This document shows positions 1-11,007 of a stretch of DNA of 41,552 nt, piece after piece (position 1 is the stretch's first letter; each line of letters begins with the position of its first letter). The DNA is from an uncultured Thiohalobacter sp. (GTDB lineage: Bacteria; Pseudomonadota; Gammaproteobacteria; DSM-19610), in assembly GCA_964625255.1 (NCBI GenBank), contig CAZVBD010000003.1, positions 1 through 41,552 on the forward strand. The letters are read 5' to 3'. The notes beneath the pieces were generated by a model. It was not told where the DNA came from and made no database searches. It saw only the letters and a list, made by a program, of their open reading frames with translations. The translations under genes and the position numbers were made by a program.

Positions 1-526
<526 letters not shown>

Positions 527-1741
527 TCAGTTGAGCTGGATGCGCTGTCCCCAGGGCACCTTGCCCCGGCCCTTGACCAGCCACAGCACCGGGTAACCGG
601 GTTCCCGTTTGGGGAACTCGCCCCGGGCATCAGTAAAGTACACCAGTAAATCAGGCTGTTGCGCCAATTGATCCAGCCACTCGAAAACCGGCGTGAATCG
701 CGTGCCACCACGTCCCTCAATACCTTCAGGCAGGATGAAGGTTTCCCAGGGTTCATAGATCCACGGCCCGTTTCTGCACAACACCGCATCACAACCATGC
801 AGTACCAACCGGGCGCGCATCTGCCCCTTGATGGCGTCGATTTCACTGACGAATTCCCGCATTTCCGTATCATTGACAGAGCCGCTGGTATCCAGCACCA
901 CTGTGACATTGACCTGCGTACTCTTCAACGTCGGCAGTATCGCGTCCCCTTCGCACCGCGAGGGCCGCTGGTAACTGTAGTCATCACGCGCCACTGCCGT
1001 CATGTAACGCGCCAGCAACATGCGCCAGGGCAGCTGGGGTTGCAGCAGATGATCGACCAGCCGCATCATGGCTGCTCCCAGTTTGCCGGCCTGTTTGGCC
1101 TGTTGCGCTGCGCCCGCAAGCCGCTGCCGCCACTGTACGGCGAGCTGTTCCTGCTCGGATTCGCTCAGTGGCCTCGGCTGTCCGTCCTGCCCCGGATCAG
1201 AGTCTTCATCCTGTGTGCTGCCATGTCCATTGTCCTGATTTTGATCAGGCTCCTGTGACTGACCCGCCGATGAAGACTTTCCGGATGCGTTCTCCTGGTC
1301 ATAGAAGTGGTCGTCGTGCGTTTCTTCCTCGGTATCTTCTTCAATAAAAGGGTAGATTTCCTCGGCCATCATGCCTTCAAACCCGCTTTTCAACAGGATA
1401 CCGGGCGGTGGTTTTAGCCCGTCCTGAATCAACAGGGGGTTGATTGCGAGGTCGCAAGCCACATCCCAGCGTTGTTTGACACGGTGCTGACGACGCGCAA
1501 AGTGCGATAGCGCACAGTGCAGGGCTTCGTGCGCCAGTACAAACTGGGTTTCATCCAGGGACAGGTGACTGATATATTCGGGGTTGTAATAAAGCGCACG
1601 AACATCGGTACCGATCGTCCTGCAACGTTCCGGCTTTGTCGCCTGCATAGGCAAACGCAACACCAGCGCACCGAGAAACGGCCGGTCAAGAATCAATCGG
1701 GTGCGTGCTGCACTGAGTTTGGTTTCGATATCGTCCGGCAT
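527..1741 (-). CDS. DUF2201-type putative metallopeptidase with C-terminal VWA domain
   Basis: HEALH zincin motif, acidic linker, VWA MIDAS DTSGS, GRGGT and YFTD motifs. Directly downstream of an AAA ATPase. Confidence 0.85.
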   Translation of the reverse strand: MPDDIETKLSAARTRLILDRPFLGALVLRLPMQATKPERCRTIGTDVRALYYNPEYISHLSLDETQFVLAHEALHCALSHFARRQHRVKQRWDVACDLAINPLLIQDGLKPPPGILLKSGFEGMMAEEIYPFIEEDTEEETHDDHFYDQENASGKSSSAGQSQEPDQNQDNGHGSTQDEDSDPGQDGQPRPLSESEQEQLAVQWRQRLAGAAQQAKQAGKLGAAMMRLVDHLLQPQLPWRMLLARYMTAVARDDYSYQRPSRCEGDAILPTLKSTQVNVTVVLDTSGSVNDTEMREFVSEIDAIKGQMRARLVLHGCDAVLCRNGPWIYEPWETFILPEGIEGRGGTRFTPVFEWLDQLAQQPDLLVYFTDARGEFPKREPGYPVLWLVKGRGKVPWGQRIQLN

Positions 1742-1742
1742 G

Positions 1743-2789
1743 CTACATATCGAACAACATCACATCAGCGACGGTCTTGGCCCAACGGGAAAACTGCGGC
1801 ACCTGGAACAGATCCTGGCCAATTGCACGGTGCATGTCGGAAATCAACATAACACCCATTTCGCGTTGGGGGAAAGTACCGGCGTAATCGATGATATGCC
1901 CGAATATGTTCTGTGCGTCATCATCATCACGAACGCGAATTGCCCGGCCTACCAGTGCTGAAGCAACGGCATACTGGAGATCGGTTTCCTTTGGTACACC
2001 GACCTTCTCTCCCCGGGTAATGGCGTCAATATCCGGCAGTTTGTCGAGATTATCGACAAAAGCATGCAACTCGATCCCGGCGGCAGGACCCACACAGGCT
2101 TGCAGGGCTTCAACCATCACGGCGGAATGGCTGTCGAATTTTTGTAACGCGCGGTGAGCGAACTCCCAGGAACGCGGCGAAGGGAACGCCACCGGGTTAT
2201 GAGCCGGGTCAAATTCAAACAACAACTCCGGACGAAAGCGCAGGAAGGCGATCAGGCGTTCATCAATACCGTTGGCATAGGCCCAGGCCACCCAGTCATC
2301 GAGATTTACGTCCAGTTCATAATGTGAAAAGCGATTGGCCAGCGGCGCCGGCATACTGTAAGTGACGCCACGGTCGCCCTGCCGATTACCGGCAGCAAAA
2401 ATCGCCCAGCCATCCGGCACCTCGTAGGCACCCAGCCGACGATCCAGAATCAACTGGTAGGCCGCTGCCGATACGCTCGGTGGCACCGAAGTGATTTCGT
2501 CAAGAAACAGAATGCCCTGTTCACCGTGGCGTTCCGCGTCCGGGAGCATGGCCGGCACGGCCCACTCGACACTGTCACCGACACGAAACGGAATACCGCG
2601 CAGGTCAGTCGGTTCCATCTGCGACAGGCGGATATCGATAACCGGCACCTGGTGGCGGGTAGCGATCTGGGCCACGATCTGTGATTTACCCACCCCGGGT
2701 GGACCCCACAGCATGACCGGCGTGTGCTGGCCGTGCCGAACACTTCCGAATTCAGTTTCAAGGATGGTCAATAGCTGTAATGGGCGCAT
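1743..2789 (-). CDS. MoxR-related AAA+ ATPase (AAA_5-like), partner of the VWA protein
   Basis: Walker A GPPGVGKS, Walker B ILFLDE, sensor AAGN, LANRF, SPRSWE. Start trimmed to ATG 2789 (MRPLQLL). Confidence 0.88.
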   Translation of the reverse strand: MRPLQLLTILETEFGSVRHGQHTPVMLWGPPGVGKSQIVAQIATRHQVPVIDIRLSQMEPTDLRGIPFRVGDSVEWAVPAMLPDAERHGEQGILFLDEITSVPPSVSAAAYQLILDRRLGAYEVPDGWAIFAAGNRQGDRGVTYSMPAPLANRFSHYELDVNLDDWVAWAYANGIDERLIAFLRFRPELLFEFDPAHNPVAFPSPRSWEFAHRALQKFDSHSAVMVEALQACVGPAAGIELHAFVDNLDKLPDIDAITRGEKVGVPKETDLQYAVASALVGRAIRVRDDDDAQNIFGHIIDYAGTFPQREMGVMLISDMHRAIGQDLFQVPQFSRWAKTVADVMLFDM

Positions 2790-3009
2790 GTCTGCTCCAG
2801 TTGAACGAAGGCGTTCAGACACCTCCACAAAGGCGCCACATGTTACTGAAAGCCACACCGAAATGCATGATCACTGTAAAAATACAACAGAACACAGAGG
2901 GTTAAACGCACCGGCGTTCAGGACTGTCGTACTGTGAAAAATCGGCTCAATATTTTTCCCGCGCAGCCGTTACGGAATATTATCAAATAGACAACTAAAC
3001 AAACGCTAC

Positions 3010-3690
3010 ATGCTTTCACAAGACAGTTGTATTAAACGCCTTTTGCTTTGCTCTTCAGACAAGGGAAAACTGGAACCACTTCGCAAACGCTTTGATGCCG
3101 CCGGTATCCAGGTGGACTGCGTGACGCACGCCGAAGAGGCACGTCAACTGCTGTGGGACCATCACTATGACGGTATCGCCATTGACCTGCTATTGGCTGA
3201 CCGTGATGGTATTTCCTTTGCCATGGAGCTGCGTCAGGAACATCCCCGCACCTCTGTGCTGGTGATCTCCACAACGCGCGAAACAGAACGCGGCGACAGC
3301 GGCCCCGACTGGCTCACGCGGTCTACCGACTACGCACGTCTGATTTTTGCCCTGAAACAGGCCAGCCAGCGTGCCGCCGGACGCCCGCCGAAAATTCTCC
3401 ATGTCGAAGACGATGACAGCCTGGCTGACCTGGTACAGAACACCATCGGCAACCAGACCCAGCTGTTCCGCGCCCGCTCCGCACAGGAAGCACAGATCGC
3501 CATGGCGTTACGCGAATACGACCTGGTATTGATCCGCACCGATGTCCCGCAAACCAATGTCAGCTGGCAGGACACACTAACAAGTCATCAACCGCTTGCG
3601 ATCAACACGGACCCACACAATGATCCTGTGCTGAATATTCTCAACAATCTGCGTCGTCCGGCGTTCGTCCACGAGGCTGCCTACTGCTAG
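3010..3690 (+). CDS. tandem receiver-domain protein (degenerate), no output domain
   Basis: REC1: YDGIAIDLLLADRDG...VLVIST. REC2: KILHVEDD...YDLVLI, truncated. Confidence 0.7.
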   Translation: MLSQDSCIKRLLLCSSDKGKLEPLRKRFDAAGIQVDCVTHAEEARQLLWDHHYDGIAIDLLLADRDGISFAMELRQEHPRTSVLVISTTRETERGDSGPDWLTRSTDYARLIFALKQASQRAAGRPPKILHVEDDDSLADLVQNTIGNQTQLFRARSAQEAQIAMALREYDLVLIRTDVPQTNVSWQDTLTSHQPLAINTDPHNDPVLNILNNLRRPAFVHEAAYC

Positions 3691-3705
3691 GCAAGGCTTG
3701 GGGTT

Positions 3706-4083
3706 CTACCACTTCAGACTGCGCAACTGACGGCGGGATTTCTTGTCCGGCTTGCTCAATGGCCGCGGTGTGCTGGCCGAAGCCAGCTGGAACTGTTCTG
3801 TAACAGCCTCGCGCTTAAGGATACTTTCTTCTGATTCCCGATACAGTGTTTGCGCTACGCTGGCCGGGCCACGTCGTGCAGACAGGATTAGCACCTCAAT
3901 CTGCCAGGTCAGTCCGTTTCTGTGGATATCCAGGCTATCACCGACCCTGACCATGCGCGCCGGTTTCACACGTGCACCACCAAGCCGTACCTTGCCACCC
4001 GAAACAGCATGTGCAGCAATACTGCGCGTTTTGTAAAAGCGTGCTGCCCACAGCCATTTGTCAATACGAACCGGTTCACTCAT
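3706..4083 (-). CDS. hslR: ribosome-associated heat shock protein Hsp15 (S4 domain)
   Basis: VRIDKWLWAARFYKTRS...RRGPASVAQTLYRE...KPDKKSRRQL. Confidence 0.93.
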   Translation of the reverse strand: MSEPVRIDKWLWAARFYKTRSIAAHAVSGGKVRLGGARVKPARMVRVGDSLDIHRNGLTWQIEVLILSARRGPASVAQTLYRESEESILKREAVTEQFQLASASTPRPLSKPDKKSRRQLRSLKW

Positions 4084-4697
4084 GTGCTGGCAGCATGGGC
4101 GGCATCAAGCAGTTGTGCGTAAGGCACTGCACCATCCAGACGTTGCTCACCGATAAAAAAGGTCGGGGTTGCCCGCACACTGAGGTCACGTGCAGCCTGT
4201 CGGTACTGCGCCAGCTTTTCTGCCGACGCCGTATCATCCCATGCTGCTGCAATCTGGTCATCGTTCATCCCCGCCGCACGTGCCAGCGTTTCAAGAACCG
4301 TACGATCGCCAATGTTCTGACCTTCAACAAAAAATGCCTCAAACAACGCATTATGCAAACGATAGAATACCGCTCGACCCAGTGGCTTGGCCGCTTCTGC
4401 CAGTAACAGCGCCAAACGTGAATTGGTGGTAAATTCACGCGTTTTTAATGTGACACCTTCACTGACAGCCATTTCATTCAGCGTAGCCATCATGGTCCGC
4501 CAGCGTTCGTTGTCGTAACCCAGCGACTCGATGGGTCGACCTTCAGCCGAGGTCTCCGGGTGGATCTCGATCGCGCACCAGTTCACCCTGAGATCAAAAT
4601 GCTCGCGCAGGCGACTGAGGCGCAATTCCCCGATATAACAAAATGGGCAGATGTAGTCGCTGAATACCGTTACTTTCAGCAACGGCTTGCCTGCCAT
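4080..4697 (-). CDS. DsbA/FrnE-family thiol oxidoreductase
   Basis: FSDYICPFCYIG (CxxC) and cis-Pro loop ATPTF. Confidence 0.88.
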   Translation of the reverse strand: MAGKPLLKVTVFSDYICPFCYIGELRLSRLREHFDLRVNWCAIEIHPETSAEGRPIESLGYDNERWRTMMATLNEMAVSEGVTLKTREFTTNSRLALLLAEAAKPLGRAVFYRLHNALFEAFFVEGQNIGDRTVLETLARAAGMNDDQIAAAWDDTASAEKLAQYRQAARDLSVRATPTFFIGEQRLDGAVPYAQLLDAAHAAST

Positions 4698-4699
4698 GA

Positions 4700-6586
4700 T
4701 TAGTCCGCTATCTCGACGAGTATGCTGTTCAAACGTTTCACAAAGGCGGCAGGATCATCCAGCTGCCCACCCTGGCTCAACATTGCCTGCTCGAACAGCA
4801 GGCGTGACCAGTCCGAGAAACGGGCCTCGTCATTTTCCTCACGCAAACGCTCCACCAGCGGATGTGCCATATTAATCTCCAGCATGGGTTTGCTGTCTGG
4901 GACATCGTGCCCGGCCTGCTTGAGCATCTGCTGCATATGCATGGCCATTTCCTGCTCGCCGAGCACCAGGCAGGAAGGCGAATCGGTCAGACGCTGGCTG
5001 CTGCGTACCTCGCTGACTTCATCAGTCAGCACTGCTTTTACCTTGTCGAGGAAAGCCTTGTATTCTTCTTCGGTCTTCTCGTCTTTCTTTTCCTCATCAT
5101 CACCACCGAGCTTGCCAAGATCCAGATCACCCTTGGCGACTGACACCAGTGGCTTGCCATCAAATTCGGTCAGGTGCGAGACCAGCCATTCATCGACACG
5201 GTCGCTTAACAACAGGACTTCGACACCTTTCTTGCGGAACACTTCAAGGTGCGGACTGTTTTTTGCTGCTGAGAAACCATCCGCCGAGACATAGTAGATC
5301 TTGTCCTGGCCTTCCGGCATACGACTGATATAGTCCTCCAGTGAAACAGTCTGCTCTTCGCTGTCGGTATGCGTTGAGGAGAAGCGCAACAGTTTCGCAA
5401 TCCGTTCACGGTTGGCAAAGTCCTCGGCTGGGCCTTCTTTCATCACCTGACCAAACTGTTTCCACAACTCGGCATACTGTGTCGGCTCGTTCTTTGCCAT
5501 GTTTTCCAGCAGACCGAGAACCTTCTTCACCGAAGCGGCACGAATCGTGTCAATAAACTTGTTCTTCTGAAGGATTTCGCGCGATACATTAAGCGGCAGG
5601 TCGTCAGAATCCACCAGGCCACGAACGAAACGCAGGTACTGCGGCATCAGGTTTTCGGCATCGTCCATGATAAATACACGCCGGACATACAGTTTAATGC
5701 CGTGGCGACGATCACGATCCCACAGATCAAACGGCGCTGTCTTGGGAATATAAAGAAGGCTGGTATAGGACTGCGTACCTTCTACCTGATTGTGTGTCCA
5801 CGCCATCGGTTCGCCAAAGTCATGCGCAACGTGCTTGTAGAATTCCTTGTATTCCTCGTCGCTGATGTCCTTCTTTGGGCGCTTCCACAGGGCGGAAGCA
5901 TTATTGACAACCTCGAACTCACCTTCCTTGTCTTCTTCCTGGGACGGCATTTCGATAGGCAAGGAGATGTGGTCGGAGTAGCGGGTAATAATGGAACGCA
6001 ACCGCCAGGCATCAAGGAACTCATCTTCGCCTTCGCGCAGGTGCAGGATGATTTCAGTGCCACGGTTGTCTTTCGTTATATTCGTCAGGCTGTAACTGCC
6101 TTCACCATCCGACTCCCATTGCACAGCCTGGTCAGCGGTCTCGCCTGCGCGCCGGGTCGTCAACGTCACCTTGTCGGCGACAATAAAACAGGAGTAAAAA
6201 CCAACACCGAACTGCCCGATCAGTTCCATATCGTGGGTCTGGTCACCGGTCAGGGACTCAAAGAACTGCCGCGTACCTGACTTGGCAATGGTGCCGATAT
6301 TGTCCACGACTTCCTCGCGGGTCATACCGATGCCGTTGTCGCTGACGGTGATCGTGCGTGCGTCCTTGTCAAAACTGACGCGGATTTTCAGATCACTGTC
6401 GCCGTCGTACAACGCATCATTGGACAGCGCCTCGAAACGCAGCTTGTCGCAGGCATCGGAGGCGTTGGATATCAGTTCACGCAGGAATATTTCCTTATTG
6501 GAGTACAGCGAATGGATCATCAACTTCATCAGCTGACGAACTTCAGCCTGAAATTCCATAGTTTCTTTCCGGGTTTCTACGCTCAT
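4700..6586 (-). CDS. htpG: molecular chaperone HtpG (Hsp90)
   Basis: [47 protein letters not shown]. Confidence 0.98.
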   Translation of the reverse strand: MSVETRKETMEFQAEVRQLMKLMIHSLYSNKEIFLRELISNASDACDKLRFEALSNDALYDGDSDLKIRVSFDKDARTITVSDNGIGMTREEVVDNIGTIAKSGTRQFFESLTGDQTHDMELIGQFGVGFYSCFIVADKVTLTTRRAGETADQAVQWESDGEGSYSLTNITKDNRGTEIILHLREGEDEFLDAWRLRSIITRYSDHISLPIEMPSQEEDKEGEFEVVNNASALWKRPKKDISDEEYKEFYKHVAHDFGEPMAWTHNQVEGTQSYTSLLYIPKTAPFDLWDRDRRHGIKLYVRRVFIMDDAENLMPQYLRFVRGLVDSDDLPLNVSREILQKNKFIDTIRAASVKKVLGLLENMAKNEPTQYAELWKQFGQVMKEGPAEDFANRERIAKLLRFSSTHTDSEEQTVSLEDYISRMPEGQDKIYYVSADGFSAAKNSPHLEVFRKKGVEVLLLSDRVDEWLVSHLTEFDGKPLVSVAKGDLDLGKLGGDDEEKKDEKTEEEYKAFLDKVKAVLTDEVSEVRSSQRLTDSPSCLVLGEQEMAMHMQQMLKQAGHDVPDSKPMLEINMAHPLVERLREENDEARFSDWSRLLFEQAMLSQGGQLDDPAAFVKRLNSILVEIAD

Positions 6587-6661
6587 GTTCTAAAACCTTT
6601 AATTTGAATCAAAAAAGTGACGGGGACTACAGCCCACTGGTCGGCGTTCCCTCCGCACACC

Positions 6662-6690
6662 ACATGGGGATTCGTTCAATGAATTTCAAC
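6662..6690 (-). promoter_or_regulatory. sigma32 (RpoH) promoter of htpG
   Basis: Minus strand GTTGAAA-N14-CCCCATGT matches the RpoH consensus CTTGAAA-N13-17-CCCCATNT, ~75 nt upstream of htpG. Confidence 0.85.
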
Positions 6691-7161
6691 ACCCTCACGC
6701 GCCAGCAATTGGCGTTTTATTGCGACCAGCCGCCCCGATGTCTGGCCCGCGAATCCGCCAAGACCCCGGCTCGGGACAATCCGGTGGCAGGGGATGGCCA
6801 GCGGGACCGGATTGTGCCGGCAGGCATTCCCCACTGCCCGCGCACCACTTTGCAGCCGAACCGCGAGTTCACCGTAGGTCATCACCTGCCCTGCCGGAAT
6901 AGCTTGCAGGGCCGCCCACACACGTTGCTGAAACGGGGTTCCCTCAACCATGAGCGGTACCGATGGCAGAACAGCCGGTGTCTCAAGATAACGCAGTATG
7001 GCCCGCTGTATGCGGCGTACTGGTGCACAATCAGCCGCCACGAGGGCAGTACGGCCATCAACAAACTGCAAACCACGCAGGCTGTCACCACCGAGTATAA
7101 TAGCCAGACGGCCGACCCGGCTGTCGAACACAGCATCAAAACGCGTGGACTGTGTCATCAC
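6676..7161 (-). CDS. ogt: methylated-DNA--protein-cysteine methyltransferase
   Basis: GTPFQQRVW, TYGELA, ARAVGNAC..NP, active-site PCHR. Confidence 0.93.
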   Translation of the reverse strand: MMTQSTRFDAVFDSRVGRLAIILGGDSLRGLQFVDGRTALVAADCAPVRRIQRAILRYLETPAVLPSVPLMVEGTPFQQRVWAALQAIPAGQVMTYGELAVRLQSGARAVGNACRHNPVPLAIPCHRIVPSRGLGGFAGQTSGRLVAIKRQLLAREGVEIH

Positions 7162-9023
7162 TGATCCTCCTTTTTTACCGCATCGACCAGGCGCAGGCGC
7201 TGTATTTCACTGTTCAGCACGGCCTTGCGACTGGCATCGCGCGTTGCGCGCATGAGGCTGGAATAAATACGCCGCGCATCATCCAGCAATCCGGCCTTGA
7301 CCAGTGCTTTCGCCGCCCGGTAACGCGCGGTCTGTGCCCAGGGATCCATGGCCTGTGGATCGACGAGCGTGGCTGATTTGAGGTACAGGTACGCGGCCTG
7401 GTCAAACTGTTTCAGTGCCTGCAACGACTCCGCCATCCAGAACAGTAATTCACGGCGTTGCTGGGCTTCCAACGGCTTTTCCAGCAGAGCGTCAAACAGC
7501 TCCAGTGCTTCACGGTGATGCTGCACGGTTTGCAGATCGAACAGAATCTGCAGCAGACGATCGACACGTTTGCTGTCCCAGTCAGCGCCTTCTTCTGTAC
7601 TCAGCAATTGCTGTAACAAGGCAACTCCGGCCGACACTTCACCCGTATAAATCGCAACCCGGGCACGGCGCAGGGTCCATTCAAAGCGATCCTGTCCGCG
7701 TGGTGGCTCGGCCAGCCCGGCCATCAACCGTGAGGCTGTGTCGAGATCCCCTGTTTCCAGCGCTTCATCGATGAGGCGATACCGTACTATGGCAGGAAGA
7801 CGGTCAGCCTCTGCATAACGCGTTGCGTTGAGATAAAGGGTGCGCACCAGCTGTTTGCCTTCCGGCAATTCGTCCAGCAGACCGACCAGGTACTCGTGCG
7901 CCAATGAACGACGCTGATTATTACCCGCATATTCAGCCAGTACCGCAAAGAAAATTCTCGCCCGCAGCGGATCTTTTTCCATCGCCTCGGTCGCGGGAAA
8001 ATACCAGTCGTCGTCATTACCGAGCAGGCGCTGTTCCTTGTTACCAATCTGCTGTCCCAGGGCCAGGTATCTCTGCCAGAGGCTGTCGGCATTGACCTCC
8101 GGGAACAGCAACGCCAGCTCCGGGTCAGGCCGTAAAGCGAGGGCATGTTCCAGGTAGCGTATTTCATCGTAAGGCTTGTCCGCCTTTGCAGCAGCGCGCG
8201 CCGCCAGTGACCACCAGGCTCGCTGCAGGCCGGGTGAAGTTGCAGCAGCGGCCTGTTGAGCGGCTTCATCGATGATCTGAACGGGTTTACTTTCACCTGC
8301 TGCCAATGCCGCCACCTGGTACAGGAATTCACCTCGCGGTTGACGCGTTCCGGCAAGCCGTTTCAGTGCGGAACGCGGGTGCCCGGCCTGCAGGGAAACA
8401 CGTGCGCTCAACCAGCGCCATTCGCGGTTATCCGTGCCGTAATCCTGCCGGTAGCGCAACAGCGCAAGACGTGCATCCTCGACACGGTTTTCACGCACAT
8501 AGGCGCGTACGACAAGACGCCGCCAGTGTTCCAGTTGATCGGGATCCGCATGCGCGCCATGTTGCCAGATCAGTATACGCATGCTGGCCAGTGCAGCAGG
8601 AATATCGCCGAGTTGCAGCAATGACTCAACACCAAGTGTTCTGGCGAAATGCAGGAAACGCTCATCGATGCCCGGGGGCAAGGCTTCCACGCGCTTTGCC
8701 AGCGCGTCATCCATATGCTGACTACGCAGGATCTGCAAGCGTTCACGCTCCCATGTCATCCAGTCGACCGGGTTATCTGCAAAGCCCGGTTGTTCCACGT
8801 CCATACGTTGTAGCGCCAGTTGCGGCGCGCCGTTGCGAGCAAGCTGGGAAATATCGCGCAGCGCCGAAGTATCGACAGCCTGCGCCAGTGGCATAACCAT
8901 CAGCGACCACAAAGTCGCCAACAGGCCGGCGCTGAATCTTGTCAGGCCACAAACAAAAACGGGCAACCTGTGGCCAGGTTGCCCGTCATACTGCATCGGG
9001 GCGGTAGCCAAAGGCCGCCGCAT
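7158..9023 (-). CDS. exported TPR-like alpha-helical repeat protein
   Basis: Long helical ORF with a signal-peptide-like N-terminus (...LWSLMVMPLAQA-VD) and TPR-like C-terminus. Start uncertain (9023 or 8996); the ORF-track start at 9104 overlaps rplS. Confidence 0.65.
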   Translation of the reverse strand: MRRPLATAPMQYDGQPGHRLPVFVCGLTRFSAGLLATLWSLMVMPLAQAVDTSALRDISQLARNGAPQLALQRMDVEQPGFADNPVDWMTWERERLQILRSQHMDDALAKRVEALPPGIDERFLHFARTLGVESLLQLGDIPAALASMRILIWQHGAHADPDQLEHWRRLVVRAYVRENRVEDARLALLRYRQDYGTDNREWRWLSARVSLQAGHPRSALKRLAGTRQPRGEFLYQVAALAAGESKPVQIIDEAAQQAAAATSPGLQRAWWSLAARAAAKADKPYDEIRYLEHALALRPDPELALLFPEVNADSLWQRYLALGQQIGNKEQRLLGNDDDWYFPATEAMEKDPLRARIFFAVLAEYAGNNQRRSLAHEYLVGLLDELPEGKQLVRTLYLNATRYAEADRLPAIVRYRLIDEALETGDLDTASRLMAGLAEPPRGQDRFEWTLRRARVAIYTGEVSAGVALLQQLLSTEEGADWDSKRVDRLLQILFDLQTVQHHREALELFDALLEKPLEAQQRRELLFWMAESLQALKQFDQAAYLYLKSATLVDPQAMDPWAQTARYRAAKALVKAGLLDDARRIYSSLMRATRDASRKAVLNSEIQRLRLVDAVKKEDQ

Positions 9024-9027
9024 GCCG

Positions 9028-9372
9028 TTAGAGCTTCTCTTTGATACGCGCAGACTTGCCGGAACGCTCGCGGAGGTAATACAGCTTGGCACGGCGTACA
9101 GCACCGCGACGCTTCACAGTAATGCTGTCGATACTCTGACTGTAGGTCTGGAACACACGCTCCACGCCTTCGCCGTGTGAGATCTTGCGCACCGTAAAGG
9201 CGGAGTTCAGACTGCGGTTACGTTTGGCGATAACCACACCCTCGAAAGCCTGCAGGCGTTCGCGGTTACCTTCCTTTACCTTGACCTGTACGACCACGGT
9301 GTCACCGGGTGAAAACTCCGGCACGTCCCGGGTCATTTGTTCTTTTTCAAGTTCTTCGATGATGTTGCTCAT
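9028..9372 (-). CDS. rplS: 50S ribosomal protein L19
   Basis: [28 protein letters not shown]...[10 protein letters not shown]. Confidence 0.99.
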   Translation of the reverse strand: MSNIIEELEKEQMTRDVPEFSPGDTVVVQVKVKEGNRERLQAFEGVVIAKRNRSLNSAFTVRKISHGEGVERVFQTYSQSIDSITVKRRGAVRRAKLYYLRERSGKSARIKEKL

Positions 9373-9377
9373 TTTCT

Positions 9378-10148
9378 CTATCCCCTGCCAGGGTCCTGTT
9401 CCGAATCTGTTGTTTGCTGCTCGCGGATATATTCCTCAAGCAACGCCTGCTGTTCATCACTGAGCTGAAGCTGTTCCAGCAGGTCTGGCCTGCGTTTCCA
9501 GGTTCGCCCCAGCGATTGTTTCTTTCGCCAGCGTTCTATGTCGGCGTGATGACCGCCGGTCAGAACCTCTGGCACGGCCTTGCCGTTTACCACCACCGGC
9601 CGCGTGTAATGCGGGTAATCCAGCAGGCCCTCCATAAAGGAGTCCTGCCCGGCCGAGTTTTCATCGCCCAGCGCACCCGGCAACAGGCGCGTGATAGCGT
9701 CAATCCAGACCAGTGCGGCGGCTTCACCACCACTCAGCACATAGTCGCCGATGGACCACTCTTCATCAACATCCTGCTCGATGAGCCGTTCGTCGATGCC
9801 TTCGTAGCGCCCTGCCAGCAATATCATATGCGGCAGTTCGGCAAACCGTCCAGCCGCCGCCTGGTCAAAACGACGACCCTGCGGACTAAGATAAATCACC
9901 GGACCATCACCGCCGACACGTGCCGCTTCAATCGCGTCATGCACCGGCTGTACCTGCATCACCATGCCGGGGCCACCCCCATAAGGGCGATCATCGACCC
10001 GGCGGTTGCGGTCATCCGCATAGTCGCGCGGATTCCACAGGCCCAGTTCCAGCAGCTGTTTTTCCTGCGCAATGCGCGGGATACCCCAGCTGCATGCGTC
10101 CCGAACCATCTCGGGAAACAGGGTCACCACATCAATGCGTGTGGCCAC
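9378..10148 (-). CDS. trmD: tRNA (guanine-N1)-methyltransferase
   Basis: [40 protein letters not shown]; GTG start. Confidence 0.98.
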   Translation of the reverse strand: MATRIDVVTLFPEMVRDACSWGIPRIAQEKQLLELGLWNPRDYADDRNRRVDDRPYGGGPGMVMQVQPVHDAIEAARVGGDGPVIYLSPQGRRFDQAAAGRFAELPHMILLAGRYEGIDERLIEQDVDEEWSIGDYVLSGGEAAALVWIDAITRLLPGALGDENSAGQDSFMEGLLDYPHYTRPVVVNGKAVPEVLTGGHHADIERWRKKQSLGRTWKRRPDLLEQLQLSDEQQALLEEYIREQQTTDSEQDPGRG

Positions 10149-10149
10149 C

Positions 10150-10671
10150 CTAAAAATCCTTGTCCCAGTCGACGCGAATCCGGCCCTGTTCGAGATCCAC
10201 CTCGACGATCACCTGCTTCATCACGAAGGGGATCAGTCGTTCCCGGTCACCTTTCACGACCAGCACATCATTGGCACCGGTTTCCAGCAGGTTATCCACC
10301 TGGCCAAAGTCATCACCCTGCGTATTCATAACCTGCAAACCGATCAGGTCTTTCCAGTAATACACACCGGGCGACAGGGCCGGCAACTGGTCGCTACGGA
10401 TACCAATTTCGACCCCGATAAGCTGTTGCGCCTGATCACGATCCGTGCAATCCACCAGCCTCGCGACAACACCCTTGCCGTGTGCACGACCCTCTTCCAG
10501 TGAGGTTTCCTGCCAGTCACCCTGATCACGCCGCAGGTACCAGGGCTTGTAGGTAACAATATTTTCGCGCGGCTGTGTGCTGGAGTAGACCCGAACCCAG
10601 CCACGCACACCGTAGACCCCTGAAATACGGCCTACCGGAATAATGTGCGGTTCTGTTTCGCGTTGGCTTAC
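10150..10671 (-). CDS. rimM: 16S rRNA processing protein RimM (start codon unclear)
   Basis: [20 protein letters not shown]...YYWKDLIGL...[10 protein letters not shown]...RLIPF..VDWD. The conserved N-terminus extends upstream of the ORF-track GTG at 10608. Confidence 0.93.
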   Translation of the reverse strand, partial: VSQRETEPHIIPVGRISGVYGVRGWVRVYSSTQPRENIVTYKPWYLRRDQGDWQETSLEEGRAHGKGVVARLVDCTDRDQAQQLIGVEIGIRSDQLPALSPGVYYWKDLIGLQVMNTQGDDFGQVDNLLETGANDVLVVKGDRERLIPFVMKQVIVEVDLEQGRIRVDWDKDF

Positions 10672-10910
10672 TGCTGCTGATCCTTGAGCAGTTTGGCAAC
10701 ACGGTCCGAAGTGCGGGCACCCTGGCCGACCCAGTGCTGTACCCGTTCGGCATCAATCTTCAGACGCGTTTCACCACCGGTGGCAACCGGGTTAAAATAG
10801 CCGACACGCTCAATGTAGCGTCCGTCGCGACGATTGCGGGAATCGGTGACCACCACATGGTAGAAGGGCCGTTTTTTCGCACCACCGCGCGACAGTCGAA
10901 TTGTTACCAT
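10668..10910 (-). CDS. rpsP: 30S ribosomal protein S16
   Basis: [41 protein letters not shown]; ATG at 10910. Confidence 0.99.
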   Translation of the reverse strand: MVTIRLSRGGAKKRPFYHVVVTDSRNRRDGRYIERVGYFNPVATGGETRLKIDAERVQHWVGQGARTSDRVAKLLKDQQQ

Positions 10911-10979
10911 CGTGACAAAACCTCTAATACAACACATTAATATTGCGCGCGGAATATTGGCCTGCGCGGAAAAGCGGGC

Positions 10980-11007
10980 ATTTTACGCGTTTCCGGCAGA
11001 AAGTGAA
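10980..11007 (-). promoter_or_regulatory. probable sigma70 promoter of the rpsP operon
   Basis: Minus strand TTCACT-N16-TAAAAT followed by GC-rich discriminator GCCCGC. Confidence 0.5.

Noticed and set aside
9414-10331. 305-aa + strand ORF
   Set aside because: Antisense to trmD/rimM; typical shadow ORF in GC-rich DNA.
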